Under the pieces are notes generated by a model. The model searched no databases, was not told where the DNA came from, and saw only the letters and a program-made list of their open reading frames with translations. From Azolla caroliniana (lineage: Eukaryota; Plantae; Polypodiophyta), in assembly GCA_043228905.1 (NCBI GenBank), contig JBHGNT010000013.1, positions 20,460,001 to 20,524,000 on the forward strand: a DNA stretch of 64,000 bases, written 5' to 3'. Positions 12,199 through 26,100 of this stretch are shown one piece after another (position 1 is the stretch's first letter; each line of letters starts with the position of its first letter). The translations under genes and the position numbers were made by a program.

Positions 12199-15100
12199 AT
12201 GGCTTCTCTCATGATACCTTACTCCGTTTGCTGCGATGTACGATCCCGCAGAGAAAGGTTCTCCTCTGGCCTAGTATCCTACAACAGAACTCTGCAGATT
12301 GGGATTTCCAAGAACCTCAGCTGTAGCCGAGTTCAGCAGAGAAATCTGACAGGAGAACAGCAACAGCAACAGCAGCAGCAGCAGCAGAAGAAGAAGAAGA
12401 AGAAGAAGAAGAACGCGAAGGTGACTGAGTGTTCAATCCATGGATCGATCGGTGTTCATCCGACCATCAACGACTCGGATTCAGAAGGGCCTCCGGCTTT
12501 TGAAGATGTTCCTCATCTCTCCAACTACCTTCCTCATCTACCTGTAAACACTCTCCTATTTTCTTTCCTCTTGTACAAATTTATGCTGTGCACCCTTTTT
12601 TAATACCTTCTGTAATTTTTACTCTTCCCTGCACTCTTTTTCTTGACATTCGGTTTTGGTTGATTTTATTCCTCCTTTTGGAATTCGCTTCTTCTTCTGA
12701 TTTTCTATGATTTTGAATCAAATCTTTTTTTTTTAGGACTCCCTCTTTTCTTGATTTTCATTGTAGTTTTCGGAATCGATTAAGTAAAGATATTAGAATA
12801 TACGTACGTACATACATGTATATGTATATGTGAATACGTAAGCATGTATGTAGTTTCGCATGTACGTACGTAAAGAGATTAGAATATACATATGTGCATA
12901 CATATATTCTGTGTGAGTGTGTAAGCATGTTATTCTTCCTTTTTCTGATTTACATATGAAAGTTGGATTAATTCTGGATTGTGTAAAACATTCTGTATGC
13001 CTTCTTGTTACTGCTTTCATTACATATTCTAAAATTGCTTAAGTAGATAGATGAATGGAACTCCTGGATCAGAATGCAAATGTACGTGTGTGTTCTCTTC
13101 TTATGTGTAAATTTTAAGAAAAGATGATCTTAGGAAAGAAGGCAGATTAATCTTGAATTTTTTAGTTAAAAAAGAAGATCTTAGGAAAATTTAGTTCAAT
13201 ATTGAGTTGATCAGATTCATGTTTAAAATACAAGCCAGAAGAAGATCATAGTAAAGGGTGATCGTATGCATGTTTCCTTATTTTCTGTTATGTCTTTGGC
13301 AAAAAAATTGGTGTGGCGAAATCTTACAGAAAGGGCCTTCAATCTGGGCTTGGTTGATTCTTTGTTTAATCCATAAGTTAGGAGAATCTCTCAGGAAAAG
13401 GAGGGAGATCAGTGTTGTTCTAAATATCGGGCTTATATTTAGAACATATGCAAGGTCAAGATCAGGAAAAGGAGCATCAAAAAACCTCTACTGATCAGAT
13501 AGAATGTTTATAACATAAGCATGGAGACGAAGACCTTTGTAACATGGGGGCCAATATTGGATTGATAATATTCATGTTAAAATAAACAACTTCTATATAC
13601 AGAAAAGTAAGATGCTAAACGATACAAATGCATAAGTTGGCTTGTCATTTGGTAATGATTATTGAGATGGTTTTAACATCATGAAATGCATAATTCGATG
13701 TATAAGATGCATGGTGATGGGAGGACATGGTGTCTAATCTCAGTCGGTATGGTGGAACGAGGAAATGATAAAATGCTCCAATTTTATTTGGGTTTCCTTG
13801 GGCAGCTCAGACATGGCGAGCAATTTTCTTCATAAGCTGGCACTGGCATACTGTCGTGGACAATTCCTCGATCTCGCCCATCATCCTTCACATAAATTTG
13901 CAAATTCTGTTGGACCTAAGTATGAGAAGTTCTTGTCTTGTTTCTATTTCTGGCTGGTGGTAGGAAACTCTGAGTTGGCCTATTGGTTTGCAAGTACTAC
14001 AGGTGTGTAGATGTACATGTACCTCTGTCTTGGTATGCATCCATCATTCGAGAAGCACATGAAATGATACTTGTACTAGGCCATATTTGTTGGAATAGGC
14101 TCATTGGAGTGATCCAGGTCTTTGGGCATAGAGTTTCCTTGGATCTTGCGATGTTACAGTGTTCTTTTCATCATCTTGGAGGGGTATATAGCATTTGATG
14201 GTAGATCAAGCAGAGATGCCATCGGTTCTTGCAGAATGGTTTTAGAGAGTTTGCTATAGTGTTTCTGATAATGTTTTCCTTTGGATCATTGTAGTTGATT
14301 GGTAATTACTTTTGTGCTATTGCAGACATATCCAAGTCCGCTCAATTATAATCCTGCTTATGCAACGGGAAGGTATTCAAACCACTAATCTGTTGCTACA
14401 TTTTTAAAGTTTAATGGCTTCTGACAGTTTCTTCTTCTTATTACAGACACTACTTTGTTGGCCTAGATGATGTGGTTGCAAGAAATGTAAGCAACTTTTT
14501 CTTTATTGCTTTAAGTTGTATTGTATTTGTAATGTGTCAAAGTTTGTTTTAGAACCTACTGGAATCATATGTTAAGGTCTAGTTTGAATGCTGTCATTTC
14601 ACTGAAGCCTTTATTGCTTTAGTAGGGGTCATATCTTAGTGGAGATATTGGAAAGTTGGTTTTGAAATCTACTGAAATTGTGTGTTGTGCTCTTCTTGGA
14701 AGGTTGTCACTTCACTGAAATCTCCAGGACATGGTCAGCATTTTCGACGGGCTGGTCCAAGGGAGAAGGTGTGTATCCATTTCATATTATCAATCTCATG
14801 TTTCTTTACTTTTTCTTGCTTGCAAAAAATATGTTGTCTCCGTATCTCATTCTACCCCACTTCAAGATTGGATTTTCGAGTTGATATTGTTTACTTTTTA
14901 TGATTTATTTTGCATTTTGTATTTCCTATTGTGAATGCTATTTGTCTAAATAGACAAATAACTCTTAATCGTCCTTCATTCGACTTTTGATTTCCATTTT
15001 CTATTCAGACTCCAATTTTGTTCCTTATCCTTAATTGTTGATGGTCACAACACAGGTGTACTTCAAATCAGAGGAAGTCAAAGCTTGTGTCGTGACTTGT

Positions 15101-17981
15101 GGAGGACTCTGTCCTGGGTTGAATACCGTCATTCGAGAAATAGTATGTGGTTTATGGAATCAATATGGAGTTCGAGATATCATTGGCATTGAAGTAAGTT
15201 GGAGGTGGTGCATCAGACATAGCCTTTTATGAGAATTCGCAGTACCTTCTCTATATATTTCCAACTTATGCTGCTTTCTGACCTATGTTGTGCCATTAGA
15301 TGGGAAATATAAAGGGTTTCTTGCAAATTTGGTAGGTTAGTATATTGTGGTCTTCTAAAGGTATATATTATTGGTTATGCTTATTATGGCATCTATTTCT
15401 GAGTGTCTGCATGCAGGGAGTCTCATCATACAAGACCACTAATCTGCCTTATTCTATATGCTCTCATTCTCATTTCATTGATTTTCCACTTTCCACAAGT
15501 AGATTCTTATGGTTTGGGCATTTCTTTGAAGATGCTATTAACCGTAAATTGTCAGGATGTCAGGATGCTCCTCATGTGCCAATAGGTCTACACTCAATTT
15601 TAAATACTCATGTTACATAAAGGATATGAATCTTCCACTGTAATTTGGGAAGCTAAAATTATTCTTCTCTACAATGATATTTTTTCTACTGGAGTGTCAT
15701 TTTAAATAACAGAAATCTTGTGAGCAGAGAATATGAGTCCTTTTAGTGAAGCGTAATCGAAGTTTTCGCAATTTTCTACATGTCTGAGGATAACATCACA
15801 GTAAGGAAATAATTCATGTTCGTATCTGTGGTATTGATGTCTTGTCGGATTACAGGGAGGCTATCGAGGATTTTATGCCCGAAATACTTTACCTTTAAAT
15901 CCAAAAATAGTCAATGATATCCATAAACGTGGAGGGACTGTACTTGGAACATCTCGAGGTGGACATGACACCATCAAAATTGTGAACAGTATTGAAGATC
16001 GTGGAATCAACCAAGTATGTTAAATTTCAAATTTTACTTTGTTTGGAATTAGTATTTTCTTTTATGCTTAACATGTATGTTGTGTCTTGTTTTCTTGGTC
16101 TGCAATATGTATACCTATCATGTAAACAACAAGTAACACAGCTATTTTGAAGGTTTATGTCATTGGAGGTGATGGAACCCAGAAGGGTGCCAATGCCATT
16201 TATGAGGTGATTCTCAATTTCTTGGTAAAGTTTTATTTTAGTAATTTCCCCTGGAAGAGAATACTCAAATCAATTCGTTTTACCCAACTACAGGAGGCGC
16301 GTAAGCGGGGATTGAAGGTTGCTATTGCAGGAATACCAAAGACGATTGACAATGATATTGCTGTAAGTCAAGGCTTGAGGTCGATATCAAGCACCCTTAG
16401 TACTCCGTTTCAAGCACTTGTTTTTAAATGCTTTTTTAGAACATTAGGATTTAGTACAATTCTTCAATTGGTTAGATTTTTCGTGAATTCAGGTGATTGA
16501 CAGATCATTTGGGTTTGATACTGCTGTTGAAGAAGCCCAACGGGCCATCAATGCAGCCCACACCGAAGCAGAGAGTGTGCATAATGGCATTGGTCTTGTG
16601 AAATTGATGGGTCGATACAGTGGTATGTGTGTGATTGCAGTCATGTGAGTCAACCGAATGAAATCATTCTTATGAAGGCTCTAAATGCAACAAATGATGC
16701 ATTTTTTACAGGGTATATTGCAATGTATGCAACTCTGGCTAGTAGAGATGTGGTAAATATACATGGTGGTTATAAAAGATATAATGGTTCAACTCTATAA
16801 GAGTTTCTTCTGATTGATTGTGTATCTCTTGTTGGAAGGATCTTTGCTTGATACCAGAAGTGCCATTCTATTTGGAAGGCGAGGGTGGTTTATATGAATT
16901 TGTTGAAAGACGTTTACAAGAGAATGGACATATGGTAATAGTGGTGGCCGAAGGGGCCGGGCAAGAACTCATGGAAGCAAGTTCAACTTTACGTGATGCA
17001 TCTGGAAACCAATTGCTTCATGATATTGGCTTGTGGCTCTCTCAGAAGCTCAAGGTATGTTTACATTACATGCCTCATGCTGCATGCATGCTTTTTAAAT
17101 ATTTTCTGAAGTTCATAACCACATTGATGACTTTATTTATATTAGGGTCGCTTCCTTGCAACCAAAAAGGAGATTCTAAACTTGAAATACATAGGTAGGA
17201 CTGTAAATCTTATATTAACACCGGATAACACGTGAAATGCGACTATGGTTATAGAACTTGAAAAGCATCTGATGATTAAATCATGCACGTGTTTCATTGC
17301 TTGGCAAATTTTGCAGATCCAACGTATATGATTCGTGCTATTCCAAGCAATGCGGCAGATAATGTCTATTGCACTTTGCTGGCTCAGAGTGGTATTCATG
17401 GAGCAATGGCAGGGTACACTGGTTTTACTGTGGGGCCTGTCAATGGCCGACATTGTTACATTCCTATTACGGTATGCTCCATGTTAAAATGTGCTTTTAA
17501 TGGAAAAACGACCACCAAAATAGCCATTCTAAGATATTATGGGAATACTCCTGCCTCGTGAAGCTATCAGAATAATATTGTTTGTTATGTTTTGGAAATA
17601 CTATGCAAAAGGTCTGGGTATCCTGGTGATTTTGCCTTTTCTTGTCTCTGAATGGGTAGTAAGTGCCATGGATGGATGGTGGAATCATGTTAAACATGGA
17701 TTTTGTGAATACATAAAAGTCTTGTATTTGAATCACGTAATCTTATCATGCGATTGAATATGTCGCAGAGGGTAACAGAGAAGCAGAACCGTGTCAATAT
17801 TGCAGACAGGATGTGGGCACGACTACTCTCTTCCACTAACCAGCCAGCTTTCATAGAGGCTGATGAGCGAAATAAGGAATCAAAGATCATTACCAATGGT
17901 TCAGCTCAAAATACAAATGGGGCTATTCCAAAGGTTGACATCTTGCCCGAGGCTGCATCATTTGTGAACGAGGGGAAATAA
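12199..17981 (+). CDS. PFK: ATP-dependent 6-phosphofructokinase (plant type), probable plastid transit peptide
   Basis: 14 GT-AG exons: 12199-12543, 14326-14372, 14447-14486, 14703-14768, 15056-15193, 15856-16014, 16153-16206, 16294-16362, 16493-16622, 16712-16752, 16839-17054, 17146-17194, 17317-17471, 17769-17981. Motifs [70 protein letters not shown] and [11 protein letters not shown]. Confidence 0.96.
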
Positions 17982-18919
17982 TAAGAGTACTTACCAGAAT
18001 CTTTTAACTTGATATTGTTATTGGAAGTTGTTTCCCATGTTCTTGGGACTCTTGAAAGGGTCTAGAGTGATGGATTTGCCACTTTAGCACTATAGAGATG
18101 GGCTTATACTCAGGGTTGCATATTAAAAACTAGTACCTAGATATGAGGAGGTGGATAGAGAACCTTCTCTGTTCTCCCTCTCAATTGTTGCGGAACTGTA
18201 TACTACACAAGGCTAGGTTTGTACAATGTAGATGTGGAAATAATGCCCATCAAGATTTCGACTCATCCGCAAAGTCTTGGGGGGAATTACATATGGTTTT
18301 CCTCAAAATGTAATAAAAATATTTCAAATCACTTAAATAAAACGAGAGATTTTTTATTCTTTAGAGTCTTGCATTCTGGTGTTCTGGGTGGTTAATTGTA
18401 ATGGAAATGATTAGGAATGAATTACTGAAAACAATAATCCTCACGATTAAATTTAAGACAATTCATCAACGTGATATCAATGGCCTACATTAACCGTACT
18501 GTACCGAAGGGCCAAATTAGTTCTCTATTGGTGTGCATGCAACAGAAAACACTGGTGCTTCTTGTAAATACGTTTTTTGTTTCTTTCCACTTAACTGGGC
18601 ATGATTCAAGCATATCAACTTTCTAAATAGGAAAAATCAAGGATTTTTTAATATATAGTGCAAGCTGCCCAAATAATGGATATGGTTTAGTGTGAGTGAA
18701 GCAGCACAATAAATGGTGCTCTGTAGAGTTAACTGGTACTTTTTGTACTGTAAATTTTTTGCAATTTTTGTTTCTCTACTCAACTGGGTATGATTTAAGC
18801 GTATGTGCTTTCGAAATAGAAAAAATCAAGGATGTTTTGATAGGGGGAGAAAGGCTTCCCAATTCATGGATAAGGTTTCTATATCACTTGGATGAAAGTG
18901 GACTGGTTTGACGAAAGCA

Positions 18920-19450
18920 ATTTGCATGCTGATGGGTTGGTTAATCTCTGGCTCTCTTATTGACTCCTAGTCAAGACAAACATTTTTCCCACTATGTTTT
19001 TCTCTTCTTTATGAAAGTGGATCTTCCCAAATAGATGGTGTTTTAGCTATTAGAGTGGTCGCCATATTGATCGAAGCCTTCTGCATTGTCATTGATAGCT
19101 GTGTCCCTCTCTATATGTACATGAAACAATGGGGGAGCTCAAAACTAATCAAGGTTGGGTAGGACAGAGAAGCCAATCAGTGGCTCTCTCAATCCCTCCT
19201 GTCCACCTCCTGATTGTGATGCCCTTACCACCATCTAGTTGATATGTGATTTCATCAACACCAATACCCTATAATCATGAATAGTTGTTAGATTCCTCTA
19301 TAACAAGACCAATGGAAGTTATTCAAGGTTGGGCGAAGTACTAGCTACCCACAACCTCCCTTCCTGTATTGTGCATCTCTTGGCATGTTGCCCTTCCAAT
19401 CATCCTCTTCATGAACTTGCTACCTATTCAAATGCTGCCTTTTCCCACCA
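18920..19450 (+). mobile_element. Highly decayed LINE RT remnant (tentative)
   Basis: LFMKVDLPK* resembles the LxxDFxKAYD motif, and a downstream LCPSLYV resembles PLSPxLF. Many stops. Confidence 0.35.
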
Positions 19451-20134
19451 TGCAGGGAAACCCTCTTGTAAGATGTTGTCAAACCTAATACATTAGATAC
19501 TCAAACTTTGATGGCATCTTTCAAATTCGCAACAGGGTTTGTTGCTAAAACGATGATTAACAGTTGTACAATATAATGAGGACACTATCACTAAGAGATG
19601 CATGAAAATTATGGTGATGTAAAAACAAAGTCTCACAATGCATACACTACAGCTCGCAACAAGTCATGGCTGAAGTTCCCTTAAGTACCAGTGATATCCA
19701 AACTGATAACAATTACAACAGCAATGACGATGAAGAAAATGATGACAAAGACCATGAAGTAGAGTTAGAGCTAGAACCTCATTTCCATGTTCTGGGATTA
19801 ATGTTATAAGGAGACACAACCTTCACAATTAAAGGGAATTTTAACAAGACTCACCGTCCAGGATATGTATACACCAGAAACTACTAAAAAGCATAAAAAT
19901 TTACAAAACTAAAACATCTTTTTTTTTCAAACTGTTTTGGCAATAAGGTCATGTATGGTACAAGCCTCTCCTATATATGGAAATTACAATGCTTTGCCAT
20001 GTCCATAGGGTCAGGCTTGACACCATGATGACAACAATTAACGATGACGACGATTATGATAATGATGAAGAATTAGAATTAGGGTTTAGGATCCCATAGT
20101 CATACCGAGATCATCGAGTTTTTTCCATTGTTTT

Positions 20135-20524
20135 TTACTCGGCTTCAGCCTCGGCCTCCTCGACCACAGCTTCAATACGAAGAAGAACAAAACCAAGAGC
20201 AATCCCGACGAGAACCAAGCCGCTCATTATGGGAACAATGCGAGAGATCTCTGCTGCGATATTGCAAGAAGCGGACATAGCTCCTCCTTTCCTTCCATTC
20301 TTTCCTGAAGAGGAAACCCTAACCCTAGCTCCCATGGCAGCAAATCCTTCCTCCGTGCTCGCTGCTAATCCTAACCTACTCACGTGGCTCTCCGCCTTCA
20401 TCCCAGCAAATGAAGCAAGCTTCATGACAGATCTCCTCTGGGTCTTGTTCACAGAGCTTGGTTCCTTCACAGAGGTGCTCATGACAGCGACATTTGCTGC
20501 TGACATCATCATCATGGTTGCCAT
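20135..20524 (-). CDS. petM: Cytochrome b6f complex subunit 7 (PetM) precursor
   Basis: 129 aa: a Ser/Ala/Arg-rich transit peptide, then [36 protein letters not shown], the PetM transmembrane helix. CDS is intronless. Probable 5'UTR intron at 20659-20556 (G|GTAAGC...CTCTTAG). Confidence 0.93.
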   Translation of the reverse strand: MATMMMMSAANVAVMSTSVKEPSSVNKTQRRSVMKLASFAGMKAESHVSRLGLAASTEEGFAAMGARVRVSSSGKNGRKGGAMSASCNIAAEISRIVPIMSGLVLVGIALGFVLLRIEAVVEEAEAEAE

Positions 20525-20763
20525 GGGGATTCTTCTCTCTTCAGAGCTTCAACAACTAAGAGGCAAGCAAACAAACAACAGAGAGAATCAAACGGAGGAA
20601 GAAGAGAAGCAAATGATGGATGGATGAACGGATAGATAGGTAGATAGGTCTCTGCTTACCTTCGATGTGACTCGGGTGGGTTGGGTGAGGAATGCTGAGA
20701 GAGAGAGGATCGAAAGGTAGCTATGGTGGATGAGCTGATCTGATCTGATCACACGCCTGATGG

Positions 20764-20801
20764 TCTTCTTCTTCTTCTTCTTCTTCTTCTTCTTCTTCTT
20801 C
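20764..20801. repeat. (CTT)n microsatellite upstream of petM
   Basis: About 12 TCT/CTT units. Confidence 0.9.
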
Positions 20802-20971
20802 TGAGGGCATGGTGGTTCACATCCATACATTCGTTGATAAAAAGGATAAGACCCAAAAACCTTTTCTTGCTTGGCTCTGAATGGATGAGCTTCTCTCTCT
20901 CTCTCTAAACTACTTCACATTTTTATCCTTAGAGGTAAAGTTTGTGGATATAAGGGTAGTGATGAACCAAT

Positions 20972-21131
20972 GCCTTAATCCTCACATGACAACTCTAGCC
21001 AGAACGCTTCTTAAACATAGTGTTACAAAATAAGAGATGCGAACTACTCAAAGCCTTAATCCTCACATGACAACTCTAGCCAGAAAGCTTCTTAAACATA
21101 GTGTTACAAAAGAAAAGATGCGAACTACTCA
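20972..21131. repeat. 81-bp direct tandem duplication upstream of petM
   Basis: GCCTTAATCCTCACATGACAACTCTAGCCAGAA...GCGAACTACTCA starts at 20972 and 21053, with few mismatches. Confidence 0.9.
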
Positions 21132-22837
21132 CTCACACACAATATATTATCATTCGATATTGCATGGTGATTTGCTAATGTTGCGACCCATGTATATGGT
21201 ATGCTAACATTGAACCTAGTCATATGGCCACTAATTGACCCTTAAAATCCTCACATTTGTTTCTATTGCAATTGGCCATATGTCACTCCTCATCTCCCAT
21301 CATTTTTGAGGTCATCCAAATACACTCTTATGTGAATGCCAAACATGAGATTGAGATGCCAATGTGGGATAAAAGCTTATGCACGAAGAAGAATTATGAG
21401 ACATAATCTTAATTTTAAAACAAAGATATGCGTGAAAGGTTGAGTTGTGCAAAGATAAATGCAACATAGGCCTACATATGTAGCATGTTGCAACATTCCC
21501 AATATTGGATCCTCACGGTATCATCCTTTTGGGTTAGATAAGATCAATCCCTTTGGAGATATATGTTGGCATAGTATTCCAAATGATAATGAGAATGCAC
21601 AAGCATTCTAAAAAATGCAATATGCAAAACTAGATAATGCAAATGGGATCTAGGGCAAAAGAGGATACATGTAAAATTACCACCTCATTAGATATGGTTC
21701 GATGATGAATCTAAAGGAGCTAAATGCAAGCTTAAGGCTAGTCTAAAAACAAGTTACACATGGACAAATGTAGCAATGGAATATGATATCTTCAAAAAGG
21801 GAAAACAAAGATAATATCACTTGATAAAGAGACATAAGATACATTACAAATTTACATATGTTATGGTGATAAGATGGCCTCATGGTCCACCATCACGTCT
21901 GTTCGAATCCAGAGGTTGGTTCCACAATATTCCAAATCCCTTTACCGAACCACTTGCACTTACCCTTCTTCATGGATCCAACTACCCATTACCAAATTTA
22001 GTAGTGGTTCACAACCCACAAGTCACCTCCACACCAATCCTGTGTTTTAATTCCTTCCTTTGGGTTGGCCATGGTGTGATTACTTCACTACCAATCACTA
22101 CCATATGAATATGCCGAACACTCTTCTTCCATTGGCCATTATCCCCTCACCGTCACCCTCGCCCTCGCAATCACAAATCCTTCGAGCCCATGATGCTCGG
22201 GGTGATGAAGACTTTTGTAGACAAGCACCTTCACATCCGTGAACCCAATATCCAAGTGGTTATCTATGTGTTGCAACTTCTCCGGATATTCCTCAAAGCC
22301 CCCACCTCCACGTCCCTACCATTTCATTGCCATGACCACCCAACTCATCACCAAATGGTCATCCTTTGATCCCGTGTCAACATTTTACCTTCATTGTACA
22401 TCTATACGATTTGGAAACCCTAATCATCCTTTGATCTTGTGTCACCATTTTACATTTGTTGTACCAATGCAATTTTGAAACCCTAGTCAACGCATGCTTT
22501 TTTCCCAATTACACTAGCTATGGTAAAACATCACCATCCATGTTGGCTAAGCACACCATTCAACAATGGCTAGTGGCTCACCAAAAACATGCCCAAATTC
22601 CTCACCATCACCACCCATATGCATGACATTCCCATTCCGCCCTTATATCCCATGCTTTCTAGTGACTACCTAGACCATCACACCACCAACCTCCTAGCAA
22701 CTTCTTCCACACTTGCTTTCAACATCTTCCACACTCTCCCACCCCGAATAACATCCATCTTTCTCTGCCCCTCTCCTTCTTCAACCCCATAGATTAGAAC
22801 TTAGCACAATGCACCTAGGAGCGTGCCCTCATTCAAT

Positions 22838-23151
22838 TGGGGAGGGTGGGGGGATGTTAAGCCCTTGTCGTATGACACACAACACACAAATCATGACAAC
22901 ACCTACACCAACAAAGACAAGGGAAGACTAAGAAAATACTAAGGAAAAGAGAGGAGAGGACAAACCTTACTCTAGAGCATTGAGCGAAATGCCCATTCCC
23001 AATGTGAAAAGGGACAAAACGTGGTAACGAAGCTATAAAATCCACTTTTGGTGACTTTTTAGCTTCTTCAATGATCTTAGAGCTACAATAATGAATAAGG
23101 AGAACTTACAATGTTAGGTTTGAGAGTATTCCACTCTTGGACCCTTTGACA
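22838..23151 (+). mobile_element. Polypurine tract plus putative 3' LTR
   Basis: GGGGAGGGTGGGGGGA is followed immediately by TGTTAAG (22855). Candidate end CTTTGACA (23151) forms an imperfect terminal inverted repeat. The upstream 21800-22830 DNA is compositionally distinct. Confidence 0.45.
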
Positions 23152-26100
23152 TTTGTCAAACCCCCATACCGTTTATTCTTAAGTATTAGGTTGATTTTTT
23201 ATAGAATGAAAATTATTTTCCAAAAATATATTTACCTATTATATTCAAAATGGTAGTGCCTCTCCCCCAAAGGGATGTTGACTAGATTCAATGTACTTTC
23301 AATAGTTTCAATGTATGAAATTTTAAGGTTATTCATGTGTAAAAACCATAGTCTTTGTTTAATTTATATTATTTTTCTAATACTTTTGTGTTTCGATATT
23401 ACTCTAAATCTCAATGGACGACAATCATGCACCACTTTGTGTCTACGTTCCCAAAGGCACTCCTTCCTTTCGAGAGGATTTGCAACATGTCACGCCTTAG
23501 TAAGACCCGTTGTCAATTCCTTCGAGTTTCATTCTTGCAAACATTCTCCCTAGGCGGGATACTTAATGCGACACAAGACTACACTCGTCAATATGTGCAA
23601 TAATTATTGAAAATAAACCAAGCATTTACGAATATAGATATTCTATTTTGATAAACGAAAGTAACATTTCTTTCCCCTTATACTATATAACCCCTTATAC
23701 ATATGTAAATGTTAGAGGTTCAAAACCCCTTATATTCTACGACATTGGATAGTTAATGCGGATAGGTTGCCATTATCGCAACTATAAAGTAGGAAAGGAA
23801 TATGAATAGTTCATGAGCAAATATTTGGAGTAAAAGTTGAAGTGAAGTAAAGGCAAACATAGAAAAACGTGTGTAAGAATCAATCCACTTTGACAAAAAG
23901 GTGGTTGAGCAAGAACATATCTAAGCATGATGTGTTGTCTCTTCATAATCCCCTTCCCTTGGTTTTCTTTCAAGTGTATTACACCTCGACATTCCATTTC
24001 ATGTGTTACGACTTAATTTCGAACACTAGGGCCTTAATTAAGTCTCAATACTAAAACTCCAATGCATTAATAGAGCTTTTGAGGTTTATCGTAAGTTCTA
24101 AATGTTGCTTTTTGTTTTTGACTGACAACTCATTCTATTTTTTTGTCAAATGTTTTATTTCCGTCATTATATTTTTCTGCATACATATTTGAGATTAACA
24201 TCTACACAATATCAACTACATTCTTAATAATCATAAATAATATAAAGCATATAATCATCATAATATATAATATCATCAAAATCTCACGATTTTCTATTTA
24301 TGTGTCAATGGGTAATTGGTCGAATCAAAGGCAAGCTATACTACTAGTATTGACATTACCAAGACGATCTTCACACATCAACGAATACATCATACTTTCT
24401 TTGCTACTTAATAGGAATCATATAGCCCTGAACTTCCAAGGAAGAGTGTTAAATTCTTGTATTTTTATTGTTTTCCCCAATTGGCAAGGGACCTAGATGA
24501 AAAAGTGACCATTTTTCTTACTTTACAAAAGTTATGATTCAATATCCATGCACCCATCTATGATATTGCCAATCCGTAATGGTTTCCCTTATCATGAGCT
24601 CCATAACTCCTACTAATGCTACGAGTCAATCAAGGGCTACATGAGTGGGCTCCCAACCAATATATTGCACAGGGGTTACATATACATCAGGCAATAGCAA
24701 TTTGTCGTGCATATATGCTTTGGCCTTGTGGTCCATGACCTTACCACCCATCTCATTGAGAAACGAAGGCAATTATCTCCCCACATCATAGGTGCTTCCC
24801 TTGCTTCAGAGATCTCTCCATTTTGGATCAACATATTGTATAGATCTCCTGAAAACAAAAATTACAATCTATCTTTCTTGGGACTCTTGAATGAATACAT
24901 AACAAATTCTTCAATGAAATTTATTTTTACTTGCTTTTTTTTTTTTGCTTAGCTACATTTATTTTGGTTTGTTTCTCCAAGGACAAGATTGTACTATTTC
25001 GTTTCGTTTTGTCGGCCATTTTGGCCCCTTAAAAGCCATTAGTATGTCTGTCTTTCTTTGAGAACTTGCTATCTAGAACGCATATGATGTTGTTTCATTG
25101 ATTCTTGACACACCATACACTTGAGAAATACCTTTGACCTTACATATTCTTGATTGCCAAAGGGAAAAATATACATGGATAAAGTGACATGTCGGGCAAT
25201 TATTGACCACATTAGTAAGCATGTTTTTGATTAAGCATGTTTTTGATTGCATGCAACGTGTCTTATGCTAATGTTGTTTTTATGTTCAATGAACATACCC
25301 TTGCCCATCATAGAACTTTGTGCCACAAAAGGACACTATTTTGTAATACTATTATGAATTTTATTGATTCAGTTATTTGGGTAGAAAAGGTGATTTCATA
25401 TCAACCAATGAGTAATGGCTAGCCGAAGGTGTTGCAAATAACATGATCTAGACAATTTTAGGTGTTTCACAATAGATAAAATGTGAATGGTAACATCATG
25501 TACATCTATTTACAAATTGCATACAACATGTACATATTATTACTTCCAACTCTTGTGCTCGTAATGCATGAGAGTGACAATTAATAATTCGTGGCCAAAA
25601 ATATCCCTTGTCCCTCACACATCTTTTGGATCAAATATCTATTATTCACGAATTTCTTCTGAACATGTCATTACCTTAGTGCAAGCTCATGTTATCAAAG
25701 AAACTGGATATACTCATAAGGCCAACAAAGCATCTTCAATCTTGTCTCTTTAGTTGTGGGTTACACTATACTATACAATCGTCATTCCATGTATACTTGT
25801 GGATAAAAACCAAAATATTAATGTTGTAAAACCATTTTATTGGAGGAAACTAACATTGTACACAACCTCAAACTTAATAATAATGAAGAGCTTTTGTAAT
25901 GAATGTAAAATCCATTGTGTTCCTTGAGACTTGATCTCATACCTCATATGTTACAAAGTGATAAATTGTTGGCATGTGAAATGGCAATGCTTACTTTCAC
26001 ACTGTCTCACAATACATAATGTTTTGTTAATATTATGCACAACAGAAGATTGACAAATGCAAACTTAAGGGCATCGATAAACACCTAATTATTTAATTGG

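Noticed and set aside
12199-20524. PFK and petM as a functional plastid gene cluster
   Set aside because: Adjacency of two genes is not evidence of co-regulation in a plant nuclear genome.
20229-20627. 132-aa ORF antisense to petM
   Set aside because: It is the reverse complement of petM with no recognisable motif.
23420-23600. Possible Helitron Rep fragment (SFREDLQHV)
   Set aside because: One short motif with no termini or helicase segments.
24420-24870. Possible LINE RT remnant
   Set aside because: Only a KSYDSI-like fragment, with no TSD or tail identified.
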